From Thermoplasmata archaeon (GTDB lineage: Archaea > Thermoplasmatota > E2 > DHVEG-1), in the NCBI GenBank assembly GCA_003942085.1, contig DQIQ01000003.1, positions 1,408 through 65,407 of the forward strand: DNA of 64,000 nt. The letters are read 5' to 3'. A model generated the notes under the pieces. The model was not told the origin of the DNA, did not search any database, and saw nothing but the letters and a program-made list of their open reading frames with translations. Both the position numbers and the translations under genes were made by a program. Of this stretch, positions 37,690 to 46,297 are shown in pieces. How positions within the stretch are numbered: the stretch's first letter is position 1; each line of letters starts with the position of its first letter.

Positions 37690-39276
37690 ATGCCATTTCA
37701 TCAGGAAATCATTGATTTGATTCTTTCCAAAGAAATTCAGACCAAAGACGAGCTTCATAAAGCAAAAGTGAAATTGTGTAAAAAATACAAGCTTAAAACA
37801 ATACCACGAGATAGTGAAATTCTTGCGCATCTTCCCACGGATCAAATAGAGAACGGTAGAGCACGTTCGCTGCTGAGAAAGAAATCAATGCGAACCCTTT
37901 CCGGCGTTTCCATTGTCGCTACCATGACCTCACCAGCAGCTTGTCCACACGGTCGATGCGTGCCTTGTCCTGGTGGTCCGGACCGCAATACACCTCAGAG
38001 CTACACCGGTTATGAACCAGCGGCGATGCGTGCCAGCTGTAACAATTTCGACCCGTATCTCCAGATACAAAGCAGGGTGGAACAGCTTCATGCGATTGGA
38101 CATCTGACCGATAAAGTTGACCTCGTTATTATGGGCGGGACTTTTACTGCACGTCTCCCTGATTATCAGCAATGGTTTGTCAAACAATGTTACGATGCAC
38201 TGAACAATAAACGATCAAAAACATTGGAGCAGGCGAAAAAGAGCAACGAAACAGCATCATCACGATGTATAGGACTTACCGTTGAGACACGACCTGACTG
38301 GTTTCGTTTACAACAGGCCGATCACGCGTTAGATCTTGGGGCGACACGAGTGGAGTTGGGGGTACAAACAATTGACGATAGTATCCTTTTTCAAATCGAA
38401 CGAGGGCACACGGTTTCTGACTCTATCGCTGCCACGCGTATCGCAAAAGATGCTGGCTTCAAAGTCTGTTATCATATGATGCCTGGGCTCCCTGGCAGCA
38501 CTGAAAAAAAAGATCTCAACGCCTTTCAAACGATCTTTGCTGATGAACGCTTCAAACCAGATATGATAAAGATTTATCCGACGCTGATTATTAAAGGTAC
38601 AAAACTGTATGACCTATGGAAAGAAGGAAAATACGAACCACTCAGCACGGAGCAAGCATCATGTCTCATTGCCCGGATAAAAAAGGATGTCCCGGAATGG
38701 GTCCGGATCCAACGAATTCAGCGCGACATCCCTGCTCATGAAATCTGCGCGGGTATAAAAAAAAGCAATCTTCGGCAATTAGTCGAAATAAAAATGCAGA
38801 AGGATACGACATCATGTCGGTGTATTCGCTGTCGAGAAATTGGTCATGTGTCGGTCGAAAAAACAAAGAAGCTAGCGAGTCTATCTCTCACCAGCGTTCA
38901 TCGTCGATATAAGGCAAGTACCGGTGATGAGATATTCGTATCTCTCGAGGACGTAACACAGGATATTCTGGTTGGATATATTCGACTACGGAACGTCGGT
39001 ACCCCGCATCGTTTCGAGCTTCAAAAAGAACCCTGTATGATTGTCCGTGAACTAAAGGTGCTCGGACGCGAAGCATCGCTTGGTGAACGGACATCCGAAG
39101 CGTTCCAGCATCGTGGGTACGGTAAAACACTGCTCAGTGAAGCAGAACGGATCTGTTGGGAAGAATTTGACAAGAAACATTTGTTTGTGCTGAGCGGCGT
39201 TGGTGCGAAACAGTACTATCGGAAATTAGGGTTCTCTGATAATGGTGCGTACTTATCTAAAAGAGTACAGCTTTAG
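37690..39276 (+). CDS. elp3: Elp3-type tRNA wobble-uridine modification enzyme (radical SAM + GNAT)
   Basis: Radical SAM region TSPAACPHGRCVPCPGG, the TIM-barrel body, and C-terminal GNAT QHRGYGKTLLSEAERI; 528 aa. Confidence 0.9.
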   Translation: MPFHQEIIDLILSKEIQTKDELHKAKVKLCKKYKLKTIPRDSEILAHLPTDQIENGRARSLLRKKSMRTLSGVSIVATMTSPAACPHGRCVPCPGGPDRNTPQSYTGYEPAAMRASCNNFDPYLQIQSRVEQLHAIGHLTDKVDLVIMGGTFTARLPDYQQWFVKQCYDALNNKRSKTLEQAKKSNETASSRCIGLTVETRPDWFRLQQADHALDLGATRVELGVQTIDDSILFQIERGHTVSDSIAATRIAKDAGFKVCYHMMPGLPGSTEKKDLNAFQTIFADERFKPDMIKIYPTLIIKGTKLYDLWKEGKYEPLSTEQASCLIARIKKDVPEWVRIQRIQRDIPAHEICAGIKKSNLRQLVEIKMQKDTTSCRCIRCREIGHVSVEKTKKLASLSLTSVHRRYKASTGDEIFVSLEDVTQDILVGYIRLRNVGTPHRFELQKEPCMIVRELKVLGREASLGERTSEAFQHRGYGKTLLSEAERICWEEFDKKHLFVLSGVGAKQYYRKLGFSDNGAYLSKRVQL

Positions 39277-39361
39277 AATCTTGACCTTTTTTTTTAAAAA
39301 AATATATAAATAGGTGCTGTTTTCTCCGTTTACAACCAATCTGGTTGGGGGAGAGTATTTC

Positions 39362-39499
39362 ATGTCCGAATTTATTTGGCAATGGACGAAAGGAAACAAA
39401 AGAGTTTATACAACACAAGTCGAACTAGCTGAACAAGCGATGAAGGATGGATTATTTGTCATGGGTGCTCGTGTGCGTCCTAATCCGTTGGAGTCGTAG
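39362..39499 (+). CDS. Hypothetical small protein (45 aa)
   Basis: ATG-initiated version (MSEFIWQWTKGNKRVYTTQVELAEQAMKDGLFVMGARVRPNPLES) of track ORF 39314..39499. No family recognised. Confidence 0.3.
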   Translation: MSEFIWQWTKGNKRVYTTQVELAEQAMKDGLFVMGARVRPNPLES

Positions 39500-39583
39500 A
39501 AAATATTTTTTCATTATCTTTTCTTTCTTTTTTTTATTTACGGAAGATTTTTATTCGTCTTAGGTATTTAACCTTCTTAGGTC

Positions 39584-40204
39584 ATGGCTGAACTAAATTA
39601 CAATAATCTATTAAAAAGAGTGCATAGCGCAACAGCAAAGGAACGCATCGATGATGATCGCTTTAAAGTCCCAAAAGTCGATGTTTTCTATGAAGGAAAT
39701 ACCACGGTTTTGAAAAATTTTGATAAAATTATCGATGTCTTGAATCGTGATGCAGATCATTTTTTAAAATTTTTACTGGGAAGCGTTGGAACTGCTGGTG
39801 ACATCTCGAATGGTCGGGTGATCTTCCAGGGAAAGATCCCGATGAGGACCATTCAAGAGCGGCTCGATGAGTACGTCAATACGTATGTGATTTGCTCGGA
39901 ATGCAACCGTCCTGATACCCATTTGGTAAAAAAAGACCGGACACTGTTAATTCGCTGTGATGCATGTGGGGCGTTTCGATCGATTGGCTCTATGAAAAAA
40001 AGAAAAACGATAGTCCCCAGCGAGGTGTTCAAAGAAGGGGAGATTTACGAACTGACGATTAAGGATATCGGAAAACGTGGGGATGGTGTGGCGTTTTTTG
40101 ATAAATACGTTGTCTATGTCCCGGGGGCGATAAAAGGCGCTACCGTTAAAGTGAAAATAGAAAAGATTTCTGGTACTGTCGCCTTTGGTCGTATATCGCA
40201 GTAA
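39584..40204 (+). CDS. eif2b: Translation initiation factor aIF2 beta subunit fused to a C-terminal TRAM domain
   Basis: aIF2-beta core with Zn-ribbon YVICSECNRPDTHL...IRCDACGA. This is followed by EGEIYELTIKDIGKRGDGVAFFDKYVVYVPGAIKGATVKVKIEKISGTVAFGRI, the classic TRAM pattern. Confidence 0.85.
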   Translation: MAELNYNNLLKRVHSATAKERIDDDRFKVPKVDVFYEGNTTVLKNFDKIIDVLNRDADHFLKFLLGSVGTAGDISNGRVIFQGKIPMRTIQERLDEYVNTYVICSECNRPDTHLVKKDRTLLIRCDACGAFRSIGSMKKRKTIVPSEVFKEGEIYELTIKDIGKRGDGVAFFDKYVVYVPGAIKGATVKVKIEKISGTVAFGRISQ

Positions 40205-40422
40205 ATGCTATCATCTTTTATGAAAAATGAAATATCACCGGTTTAGTACACGCGTCAGTACGTGCATTACTACCTGCGTATTTTTGTAAATCACGTCGAT
40301 GTTTTTTTCAAATTTCCAGATAGAAAAATTTTATTTTATTGCATCGAACAACCTGTAGCATGGTTTATTGAACGGGACTAGAAAAATAGAAAATTATATA
40401 AAGATAAGGACGTATTCGCTCT

Positions 40423-40499
40423 ACGTTTGTCAGACAAATGATGTCGTTTGGCATTTGTCCGACGTACATATCACGTACGTTTGACGCAAAAATGATGTC
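40423..40499. promoter_or_regulatory. Pair of 23-nt direct repeats (19/23 identical) with embedded inverted repeat, upstream of the RHH-ftsZ pair
   Basis: DR1 is 40423-40445 ACGTTTGTCAGACAAATGATGTC. DR2 is 40477-40499 ACGTTTGACGCAAAAATGATGTC, giving a 54-nt register. An inverted repeat runs TGTCAGACAAATG (40428-40440) / CATTTGTCCGAC (40452-40463). TGTCAGA (40428) also pairs with TCTGACA (40502). Confidence 0.3.
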
Positions 40500-40532
40500 T
40501 TTCTGACAGACACAAAAAATGTGAGGAGAACT

Positions 40533-40760
40533 ATGGAAAACGACCGCATCACAATCCGATTGCCTCAAATCGATCTCAGACAAATCGACCTTTTAATTCG
40601 ACTTGGCGAATTTTCAACTCGATCTGAGGTAGTACGGCATGCGGTAAAAGACTATATAGAGAATCACACAACCCGTATTCTTGCAAAAGCCGACAAATTC
40701 AAAAAAATTCAAGAATTGGAAGCTGCGGCCGCTGCTATAGAACCTTACATGAAAAAATAA
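40533..40760 (+). CDS. Ribbon-helix-helix (CopG/MetJ-like) DNA-binding protein
   Basis: N-terminal beta-strand RITIRLPQIDLRQIDLLI followed by GEFSTRSEVVRHAVKDYI, the typical RHH pattern. The ATG at 40533 is preceded by GAGGAG. The track start at 40521 is a GTG. Confidence 0.7.
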   Translation: MENDRITIRLPQIDLRQIDLLIRLGEFSTRSEVVRHAVKDYIENHTTRILAKADKFKKIQELEAAAAAIEPYMKK

Positions 40761-40800
40761 TATCAAGGTAAAAGCAGGGGATGGGATGCACCCCTTTAGT

Positions 40801-40827
40801 GAAGGCCGCCCTTTTCGGGCGGCCTTC
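40801..40827 (+). promoter_or_regulatory. Perfect 11-bp GC-rich hairpin between RHH gene and ftsZ
   Basis: GAAGGCCGCCC-TTTTC-GGGCGGCCTTC read directly from the sequence. It is preceded by a second hairpin AGGGG-N10-CCCCT (40776-40795). No T-run follows. The ftsZ SD-like GGAGG lies at ~40843. Confidence 0.45.
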
Positions 40828-40856
40828 CCAACTACCAGAATAGGAGGAACAAGAAA

Positions 40857-41981
40857 ATGGCCGAAAATAAGATGCAGTCCTTTGTTGAGACTGCAATAGA
40901 AAACAAAGTAAGTGAGGAAAGCAAGCAGAAGATTGATGACGGACTCTTTGGTAATGCTCGGATTGTAATTGTTGGATGTGGTGGAGCGGGAGGGAACACG
41001 ATTACCAGGCTCCACAAATTAGGTGTAAAAGGAGCAGAAACCATCGCAATCAACACCGATAAAATTGCACTTGATCTCGTCGATGCTGATAAAAAACTTC
41101 TTATTGGAAAAAGCTTGACAAGAGGACTAGGTGCAGGAGGGTTCCCCGAGATGGGTGAACGTGCTGCAAGAGAATCAAGCAGGGAACTTGAAGAAATGTT
41201 ACAAGGTGCAGACCTTGTCTTTGTCTGCGCTGGAATGGGCGGTGGAACAGGAACCGGATCTGCTCCAGTGGTTGCAGAAATCGCAAAGAAACTTGGCTCT
41301 ATCGTCACATGTATGGTTTCCACACCGTTCAACGTAGAGCGCGCACGGTTAGTAAAAGCAGATGAAGGCCTTGATAAACTGCGTGTCACCGCAGACAGCA
41401 CCGTTGTGCTCGACAACAACCGACTCCTTGAATTTGTACCTAACCTCCCAATCAACCAAGCATTCTCCGTGATGGACCAACTCGTTGCAGAAACCGTGAA
41501 GGGAATTTCTGAGACCATCTCAGTGCCCTCATTGATCAACCTTGACTTTGCTGATATGAAGGCAGTCATGGATTCTGGCGGTCTGTCTGTTATGCTCTGG
41601 GGCGAAGCTGATGAGGATGCAGGGGTCGACACTATTGTAAAAGAGGCATTAAATCACCCACTGCTCAATGTAGATTATCATGGTGCGCACAGTGCACTCG
41701 TTCATATCACTGGTGGCCCAAACATGAGCTTAAAATACGTTCAGGATGTCGCTAAGGCACTCACCGAGGATATGGATTGTTACTCCAACGTTATCCTTGG
41801 AGCCCGAGTGGACCCTGCCTTTGAAGGTAAATGCAGAGTGATGGCAATCATGACCGGCGTACAATCACCAAATCTGCTCAGCTCGCGACCTGAGCGGCGC
41901 ACAAATCCGACCGCTCCCAATATCCCTGCAAGAAAAATCATGACAAACCCCAAAGTCGGAAATATCGACTTTGTCCGGTAA
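40857..41981 (+). CDS. ftsZ: Cell division GTPase FtsZ
   Basis: [17 protein letters not shown], tubulin signature [19 protein letters not shown], and [11 protein letters not shown]. Confidence 0.95.
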   Translation: MAENKMQSFVETAIENKVSEESKQKIDDGLFGNARIVIVGCGGAGGNTITRLHKLGVKGAETIAINTDKIALDLVDADKKLLIGKSLTRGLGAGGFPEMGERAARESSRELEEMLQGADLVFVCAGMGGGTGTGSAPVVAEIAKKLGSIVTCMVSTPFNVERARLVKADEGLDKLRVTADSTVVLDNNRLLEFVPNLPINQAFSVMDQLVAETVKGISETISVPSLINLDFADMKAVMDSGGLSVMLWGEADEDAGVDTIVKEALNHPLLNVDYHGAHSALVHITGGPNMSLKYVQDVAKALTEDMDCYSNVILGARVDPAFEGKCRVMAIMTGVQSPNLLSSRPERRTNPTAPNIPARKIMTNPKVGNIDFVR

Positions 41982-42029
41982 AAAAAAGCTGAAAGCTACA
42001 CTCGTAGCTTCTCTTTTCATTTTTTTTTA
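41981..42029. terminator. Bidirectional terminator between convergent ftsZ and response-regulator genes
   Basis: An A8 run, then a 7-bp hairpin (AAGCTAC-ACTC-GTAGCTT, 41993-42010), then T-rich CTCTTTTCATTTTTTTTT. The hairpin is followed by oligo-T when read from either strand. Confidence 0.5.
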
Positions 42030-42392
42030 GTTTATTTTTTTAATGTTTTCTACAAGCTCTCTGATATCAAAGGGTTTTGTAATGTAATCATGGATGTAGG
42101 GTTCAAGTCCTTTCATCTTGTGATGGTGGAACGTCCCAATCCCAGTGATTACGACGATGTTGATGTTTTTTTCAAACCCTCTTTTCACGATTTCTTTGAT
42201 GGTTGCCCACCCATCCATCTGTGGCATCATAAGATCAATAAGAAGAATACCGGTGAATCCTCTATTAAGGAACTCAAGACATTCGGCTCCGTTTTCCGCA
42301 TTTATGACTTCGTATCCTTCATGTTCGAAAATGTTTTTGAGCGATAAACGGACATCGGCATCATCGTCGACGATCAGTATGTTTTTCCTCAT
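42027..42392 (-). CDS. Stand-alone CheY-like response regulator receiver protein
   Basis: ILIVDDDADVR, phospho-acceptor context ILLIDLMMPQMDG, IVVITG, and a conserved Lys region YITKPF; 121 aa. Confidence 0.8.
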   Translation of the reverse strand: MRKNILIVDDDADVRLSLKNIFEHEGYEVINAENGAECLEFLNRGFTGILLIDLMMPQMDGWATIKEIVKRGFEKNINIVVITGIGTFHHHKMKGLEPYIHDYITKPFDIRELVENIKKIN

Positions 42393-42532
42393 AGATTGCC
42401 ACCTTTGATCTTCAGCAGTGTTATTCGTTAACGTACTATATTTTTACAGAAGCGATATATAAAGATGCTGTGACAAAATGCCAGATAGAACAACTGAAAA
42501 AAACAAACAAATGTAACAACACCAATCTAAGT

Positions 42533-42540
42533 TTTATACT
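42533..42540 (+). promoter_or_regulatory. TATA-box-like element for the tRNA-Arg gene
   Basis: TTTTATAC lies ~27-34 nt upstream of the tRNA 5' end, the expected archaeal TATA distance. Confidence 0.4.
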
Positions 42541-42566
42541 ACATGTACAATTCCATTCTGCATTAT

Positions 42567-42640
42567 GGGCCTATGAGGTAGTCTGGATATCCTTCCGGCC
42601 TTCGGAGCCGGATACTGGGGTTCAAATCCCCATAGGTCCG
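42567..42640 (+). tRNA. tRNA-Arg (anticodon UCG), 74 nt, no intron, CCA not encoded
   Basis: Manual cloverleaf. Acceptor GGGCCTA/TAGGTCC (one G-U). Anticodon stem CCGGC/GCCGG with loop CTTCGGA, giving anticodon TCG. T-arm TGGGG-TTCAAAT-CCCCA. Discriminator G. Confidence 0.9.
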
Positions 42641-42802
42641 CTTAATCTTCTGACTATGATTTCTTGTCTTGGGGAGTCCCCCGTCAGAAGAGTGAATAAT
42701 AACGGGAGAATTCTTTCTTTTACACCTTATAAATTCAATTTCTTTGATAAAGTCAATACTCCTACGTTCAGAAGTTGAAATACAAAACCATCAACCAAAA
42801 AA

Positions 42803-42939
42803 GGTAAGGAAGGCGCAGAACCAAAGCACGCAGCAACCCGCCAAACCGGCAAAACACAGCCGCGCAACACCAGCGTCACCTGAAGACAAGAGCGCAGATC
42901 GGGAAGACAAGATCCCACCGAACGTCGCCCTTCCTCACC
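42803..42939. other. GC-rich, strongly strand-asymmetric (T-depleted on + strand) island closed by a 12-bp long-range inverted repeat; candidate structured ncRNA or integration scar
   Basis: GGTAAGGAAGGCG (42803-42815) pairs with CGCCCTTCCTCACC (42926-42939): 12 Watson-Crick pairs, one bulged C and one A.C mismatch (which becomes G.U if transcribed from the minus strand). The enclosed sequence is A/C-rich with very few T. Confidence 0.25.
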
Positions 42940-43064
42940 ACTAGTCTATTTGTCAACGACACTATTTAAAAGCATCGCGGTAAAATCTCAAAATGAAAAA
43001 ATGAAACAACCTTGACCAATTCTTTTTTAAATCAGATTCATATTGAGAACAATTCATGTGAGCT

Positions 43065-44210
43065 ATGATGGCAGTCAAAATTGGTTTTCTTGTCAACCCC
43101 ATTGCAGGGATGGGTGGTCGGGTTGGGCTAAAGGGAACCGATGGTGTTGTTGACAAAGCAGTCAGGTTAGGAGCAAAACCTGCCGCTCGTCAAAAGGCAG
43201 AAGAAACACTCCGGGAGTTTTGTGCACTATCATCAAATCACCAGGATCTTCAGTGGGTCACCTGTGGCGGGGATATGGGGAATAACGAGTTAGAATATGT
43301 AGGAATACAAAACAGACAGATCGTCTACTCGCCTTCTGGAAATGCGACGTCTGCTGATGATACGAAGAACGCCTGTGAAAAACTCCTTGAGAATCATATT
43401 GATTTGATTGTCTTCTGCGGCGGGGATGGAACCGCACGAGATATCTATGGTATCGTCGAAAATAAAATTCCGCTCCTGGGCATCCCTGCAGGAGTAAAAA
43501 TGCATTCCGGTGTCTTTGGCATCAGCACAAAAGCCACCGCAAAAATGCTGGAGGAATTCATCAATAAACACCTTACGGTTGGCGATGTTGAAATCATGGA
43601 TCTTGATGAAGAACTATATCGAAGAGGGGAATGGAAGGTCAGATTGTTCGGGGTTGCAAAAGGGATCATCGAACCGACCTATGTACAGGTGGGCAAAGCT
43701 TGTTTTGAATCAGTGTCTGATGATGAAGTAAAAGACGAGCTTGCTGACCATATCAACGATGAGCTGGAAAAACATATGGACTGGTTGTTTTTATTTTGTT
43801 CAGGAGGAACCATTGAGTACATCGCAAAAAAACTGAACATCGAGCACACCCTGCTAGGTATCGATGCGGTGTACCAAAAACACCTTGTGGGAAAGGATGT
43901 CAACGAAGAACAGATCCTGGCGCTTATGAAAAAATATCCAAAAGCGAAAATCCTCCTCAGCCCAATCGGTGCACAGGGATTTATCCTCGGTCGTGGAAAT
44001 CTACAGCTCAGCCCTGCGGTTATCAACAAAATTGGAATCGAAAACATCATCGTTGTTGCAACCCCATCAAAGCTTATGTATACTCCCATTCTGCGCGTAG
44101 ATACTGGAGATAAGAAACTCGACCGTCTTTTCACCGCGCAGGAGTATCTTATGGTGGTTATTGGATATCGTCTTAGCAGAGTAGTGAAGCTACAGACCAA
44201 CAGCTTTTAA
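43065..44210 (+). CDS. ATP-NAD kinase-like protein (COG3199 family, predicted polyphosphate/ATP-dependent NAD kinase)
   Basis: KIGFLVNPIAGMGGRVGLKGTDG N-terminus, IVFCGGDGTARD and LGIPAGVKMHSGVF are characteristic of the COG3199 diacylglycerol/NAD-kinase-like group. Confidence 0.65.
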   Translation: MMAVKIGFLVNPIAGMGGRVGLKGTDGVVDKAVRLGAKPAARQKAEETLREFCALSSNHQDLQWVTCGGDMGNNELEYVGIQNRQIVYSPSGNATSADDTKNACEKLLENHIDLIVFCGGDGTARDIYGIVENKIPLLGIPAGVKMHSGVFGISTKATAKMLEEFINKHLTVGDVEIMDLDEELYRRGEWKVRLFGVAKGIIEPTYVQVGKACFESVSDDEVKDELADHINDELEKHMDWLFLFCSGGTIEYIAKKLNIEHTLLGIDAVYQKHLVGKDVNEEQILALMKKYPKAKILLSPIGAQGFILGRGNLQLSPAVINKIGIENIIVVATPSKLMYTPILRVDTGDKKLDRLFTAQEYLMVVIGYRLSRVVKLQTNSF

Positions 44211-44269
44211 TATGCGAATCTTATTCACTGACCCTCATTAGGGGACATATCACTATTGGAGGCAACATT

Positions 44270-45466
44270 ATGACACAAATTATAAAACGAAATGCAAACA
44301 AATTTTTAAAAGACGAATACGATGAACTAGTAAAGAACCATCTTGAGTGGAATATCCGTATTCTTGAGAGCGGATCAAAACCTCATTCGATTGTCGATGG
44401 AAAAGAAGTTATTATGCTCTGTTCAAATAACTACCTGAACTTGAGCAATCACCCTCGATTGGTGAAAGGTGCGATAGAGGCTGCAAAGAAATATGGTGCA
44501 GGATCTGGGTCTGTTAGAGCGATTGCGGGTACTTTACAAATTCATAAAGAAGTAGAAAAACGCCTCGCACGATTCAAACGAACAGAATCTGCATTGATTT
44601 ATCAAACCGGTTTTGCCGCAAATGCTGGCCTGATTCCTCAACTTGTCGGCGATGGAGACATCGTCGTGAGCGATAAGTTGAATCATGGCAGTATTATTGA
44701 TGGCGTCCGACTTACAAAAGCTGAACGAGCGGTCTATGAACATCGTGATATGGGTGATCTTGAAAAGGTATTGAAAGAAGCTGATAAGAAATATCGGCGC
44801 ATCCTCATCATTACCGATGGGGTCTTTAGTATGGATGGAGACATCGCTCCGATGGACAAGATCGTGAAGCTTGCAAATGAATATGGTGCGATGACCTATG
44901 TTGATGATGCTCATGGTGAAGGAGTCATCGGCCCTGATGGACGGGGAATTGGCGCGCATTTCCATATCGAAGGGAAAATTGATGTGGAGATGGGGACCTT
45001 CAGTAAAGCGTTTGGTGTCGTCGGCGGTTTAATCGCCGGTAGCCAAGACTTGGTGAACTTCGCCTACAACAAATCACGAACCTGGCTGCTTTCTGGTTCA
45101 CACCCACCAGCGGTCTCGGGTGCTCAGCTTGCTGCAATCGATGTGCTAGAGACAGAACCTGAACATGTGAAACGACTGTGGGATAATACAAAATATTTCA
45201 AAAATGAATTGAATTCGTTAGGGTTCAATACCGGTGAAAGTGAAACACCGATCACTCCAGTCATTGTTGGTGACTCCGGAAAAGCAAAAGAATTAAGCAA
45301 CCAGTTGTATGATGAAGGCGTATTTGCACTTCCGATTGTGTTCCCTATGGTCGCTCGAGATAAGGCTCGTATTCGAACCATGGTAAATGCAGGTCTTACA
45401 AAGAAGGATCTTGATTTTGCCTTAGATAAATTCGAAAAACTAGGGAAACAATTATCTATCATCTAA
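44270..45466 (+). CDS. kbl: Glycine C-acetyltransferase (2-amino-3-ketobutyrate CoA ligase) / 8-amino-7-oxononanoate synthase family PLP enzyme
   Basis: NNYLNLSNHP, NHGSIIDGVRL, TDGVFSMDGDIAP, VDDAHGEG, PLP-lysine GTFSKAFG, and C-terminal ARIRTMVNAGLTKKDLD. Kbl versus BioF cannot be separated by eye. Confidence 0.7.
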   Translation: MTQIIKRNANKFLKDEYDELVKNHLEWNIRILESGSKPHSIVDGKEVIMLCSNNYLNLSNHPRLVKGAIEAAKKYGAGSGSVRAIAGTLQIHKEVEKRLARFKRTESALIYQTGFAANAGLIPQLVGDGDIVVSDKLNHGSIIDGVRLTKAERAVYEHRDMGDLEKVLKEADKKYRRILIITDGVFSMDGDIAPMDKIVKLANEYGAMTYVDDAHGEGVIGPDGRGIGAHFHIEGKIDVEMGTFSKAFGVVGGLIAGSQDLVNFAYNKSRTWLLSGSHPPAVSGAQLAAIDVLETEPEHVKRLWDNTKYFKNELNSLGFNTGESETPITPVIVGDSGKAKELSNQLYDEGVFALPIVFPMVARDKARIRTMVNAGLTKKDLDFALDKFEKLGKQLSII

Positions 45467-45476
45467 ATGCATTGGA

Positions 45477-45500
45477 GGAGAAAGCATCGTGCTTTTCTCC
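45477..45500 (+). terminator. Hairpin just downstream of kbl-like gene (possible terminator/RNA end)
   Basis: GGAGAAAGCA-TCG-TGCTTTTCTCC (10 bp with one bulged T), starting 11 nt after the stop codon. The following T-run is weak. Confidence 0.3.
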
Positions 45501-45584
45501 TTATCACACCTTTACACAAAGTATATATAAAAGATATGAGATTCGTTACCCAGTATTTTTCTGGTGTTTACTGGAGAGTAATTT

Positions 45585-46217
45585 ATGACAGAAGAGTTAA
45601 AGAAAACTGGTACCACAATTCTTGGTATGGTATGTAAAGACGGCGTTGTTATAGCAACAGAACGAAGAGCAACGATGGGTACGCTCATTGCTCATAAAGC
45701 GACAAAAAAACTCTATCAAATCGATAATCATCTTGCTCTTGCTACCGCAGGACTTGTTGGTGACCTTCAGGTTCTTTCACGGTATCTAAGTGCAGAAACG
45801 AAATTATATAGCTTAAAAAGGGACGTGGAAATGTCAGTGCAGAGCGCTGCAACACTCATGTCCAATATCCTGAATTCCAGAAAATTCTATCCCTATTATG
45901 TCCAGTTGATTCTCGGCGGGTGGGACTCCAGTGGAGGACATGTGTACTCATTAGATGCAGCTGGTGGTTCTATACCTGATAAATATACTGCTGGCGGTTC
46001 CGGATCACCCTATGCCTTCGGTGTGCTAGAGGACTCGTTCCGAGATGATATGACGGTAAATGATGGTATCGATCTTGCTCTAAGAGCGGTCACCGCTGCG
46101 ATGGGCCGTGATTCAGCTTCAGGAAATGGGGCTGATGTGGCAGTGATTACCGAAAAAGAGTTTAAGATGATACCTGAAGATGAAATAAAAAAACGTTTGC
46201 AGAAAATGGGGAAGTAG
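45585..46217 (+). CDS. psmB: Proteasome beta subunit
   Basis: Short propeptide then the catalytic Thr context KKTG-TTILGMVCKDGVVIATE; GSGSPYAFGVLE; 210 aa. Confidence 0.9.
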   Translation: MTEELKKTGTTILGMVCKDGVVIATERRATMGTLIAHKATKKLYQIDNHLALATAGLVGDLQVLSRYLSAETKLYSLKRDVEMSVQSAATLMSNILNSRKFYPYYVQLILGGWDSSGGHVYSLDAAGGSIPDKYTAGGSGSPYAFGVLEDSFRDDMTVNDGIDLALRAVTAAMGRDSASGNGADVAVITEKEFKMIPEDEIKKRLQKMGK

Positions 46218-46297
46218 ATAATCCGTATTCTCAGAGGAAATTTATCAATTAGATAAGCGTGCAAAGTTCGTTTTACAAGCTTTAAAAAAGGTAGAAA

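Noticed and set aside
40423-40512. Possible C/D-box sRNA (two AATGATGTC C-box-like motifs and a CTGA)
   Set aside because: The box sequences end in U rather than A. No D' box lies at guide distance from the first C-like box. The second C-like box is only ~4 nt from the CTGA, leaving no guide region. No terminal stem flanks the boxes correctly.
40832-41632. 266-aa minus-strand ORF antisense to ftsZ
   Set aside because: It lies completely inside the unambiguous ftsZ gene. The translation is Ser/Pro/Ala/Thr-rich low-complexity sequence typical of an antisense frame of a Gly/Ala-rich gene.
42786-42860. Resemblance of AAGGTAAGGAAGGCGCAGAACCAAAGCA to the SRP/4.5S RNA helix-8 region (GGUCCGGAAGGAAGCAGCCAAGGCA)
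   Set aside because: No complementary 5' strand exists to form helix 8. The GGAAGG is instead part of a long-range stem. The element is far shorter than the ~300-nt archaeal SRP RNA. The similarity is likely a by-product of A/C/G-rich low complexity. A TPP-riboswitch idea was dropped for lack of the CUGAGA and ACCUGAUCUGG-type cores.
42744-42944. 66-aa ORF (MIKSILLRSEVEIQNHQPKKVRKAQNQSTQQPAKPAK...) and the opposite 63-aa ORF across the T-depleted island
   Set aside because: The translations are low-complexity products of the skewed base composition. There is no SD or promoter context, and both strands give open frames simply because stop codons need T/A combinations that are rare here.
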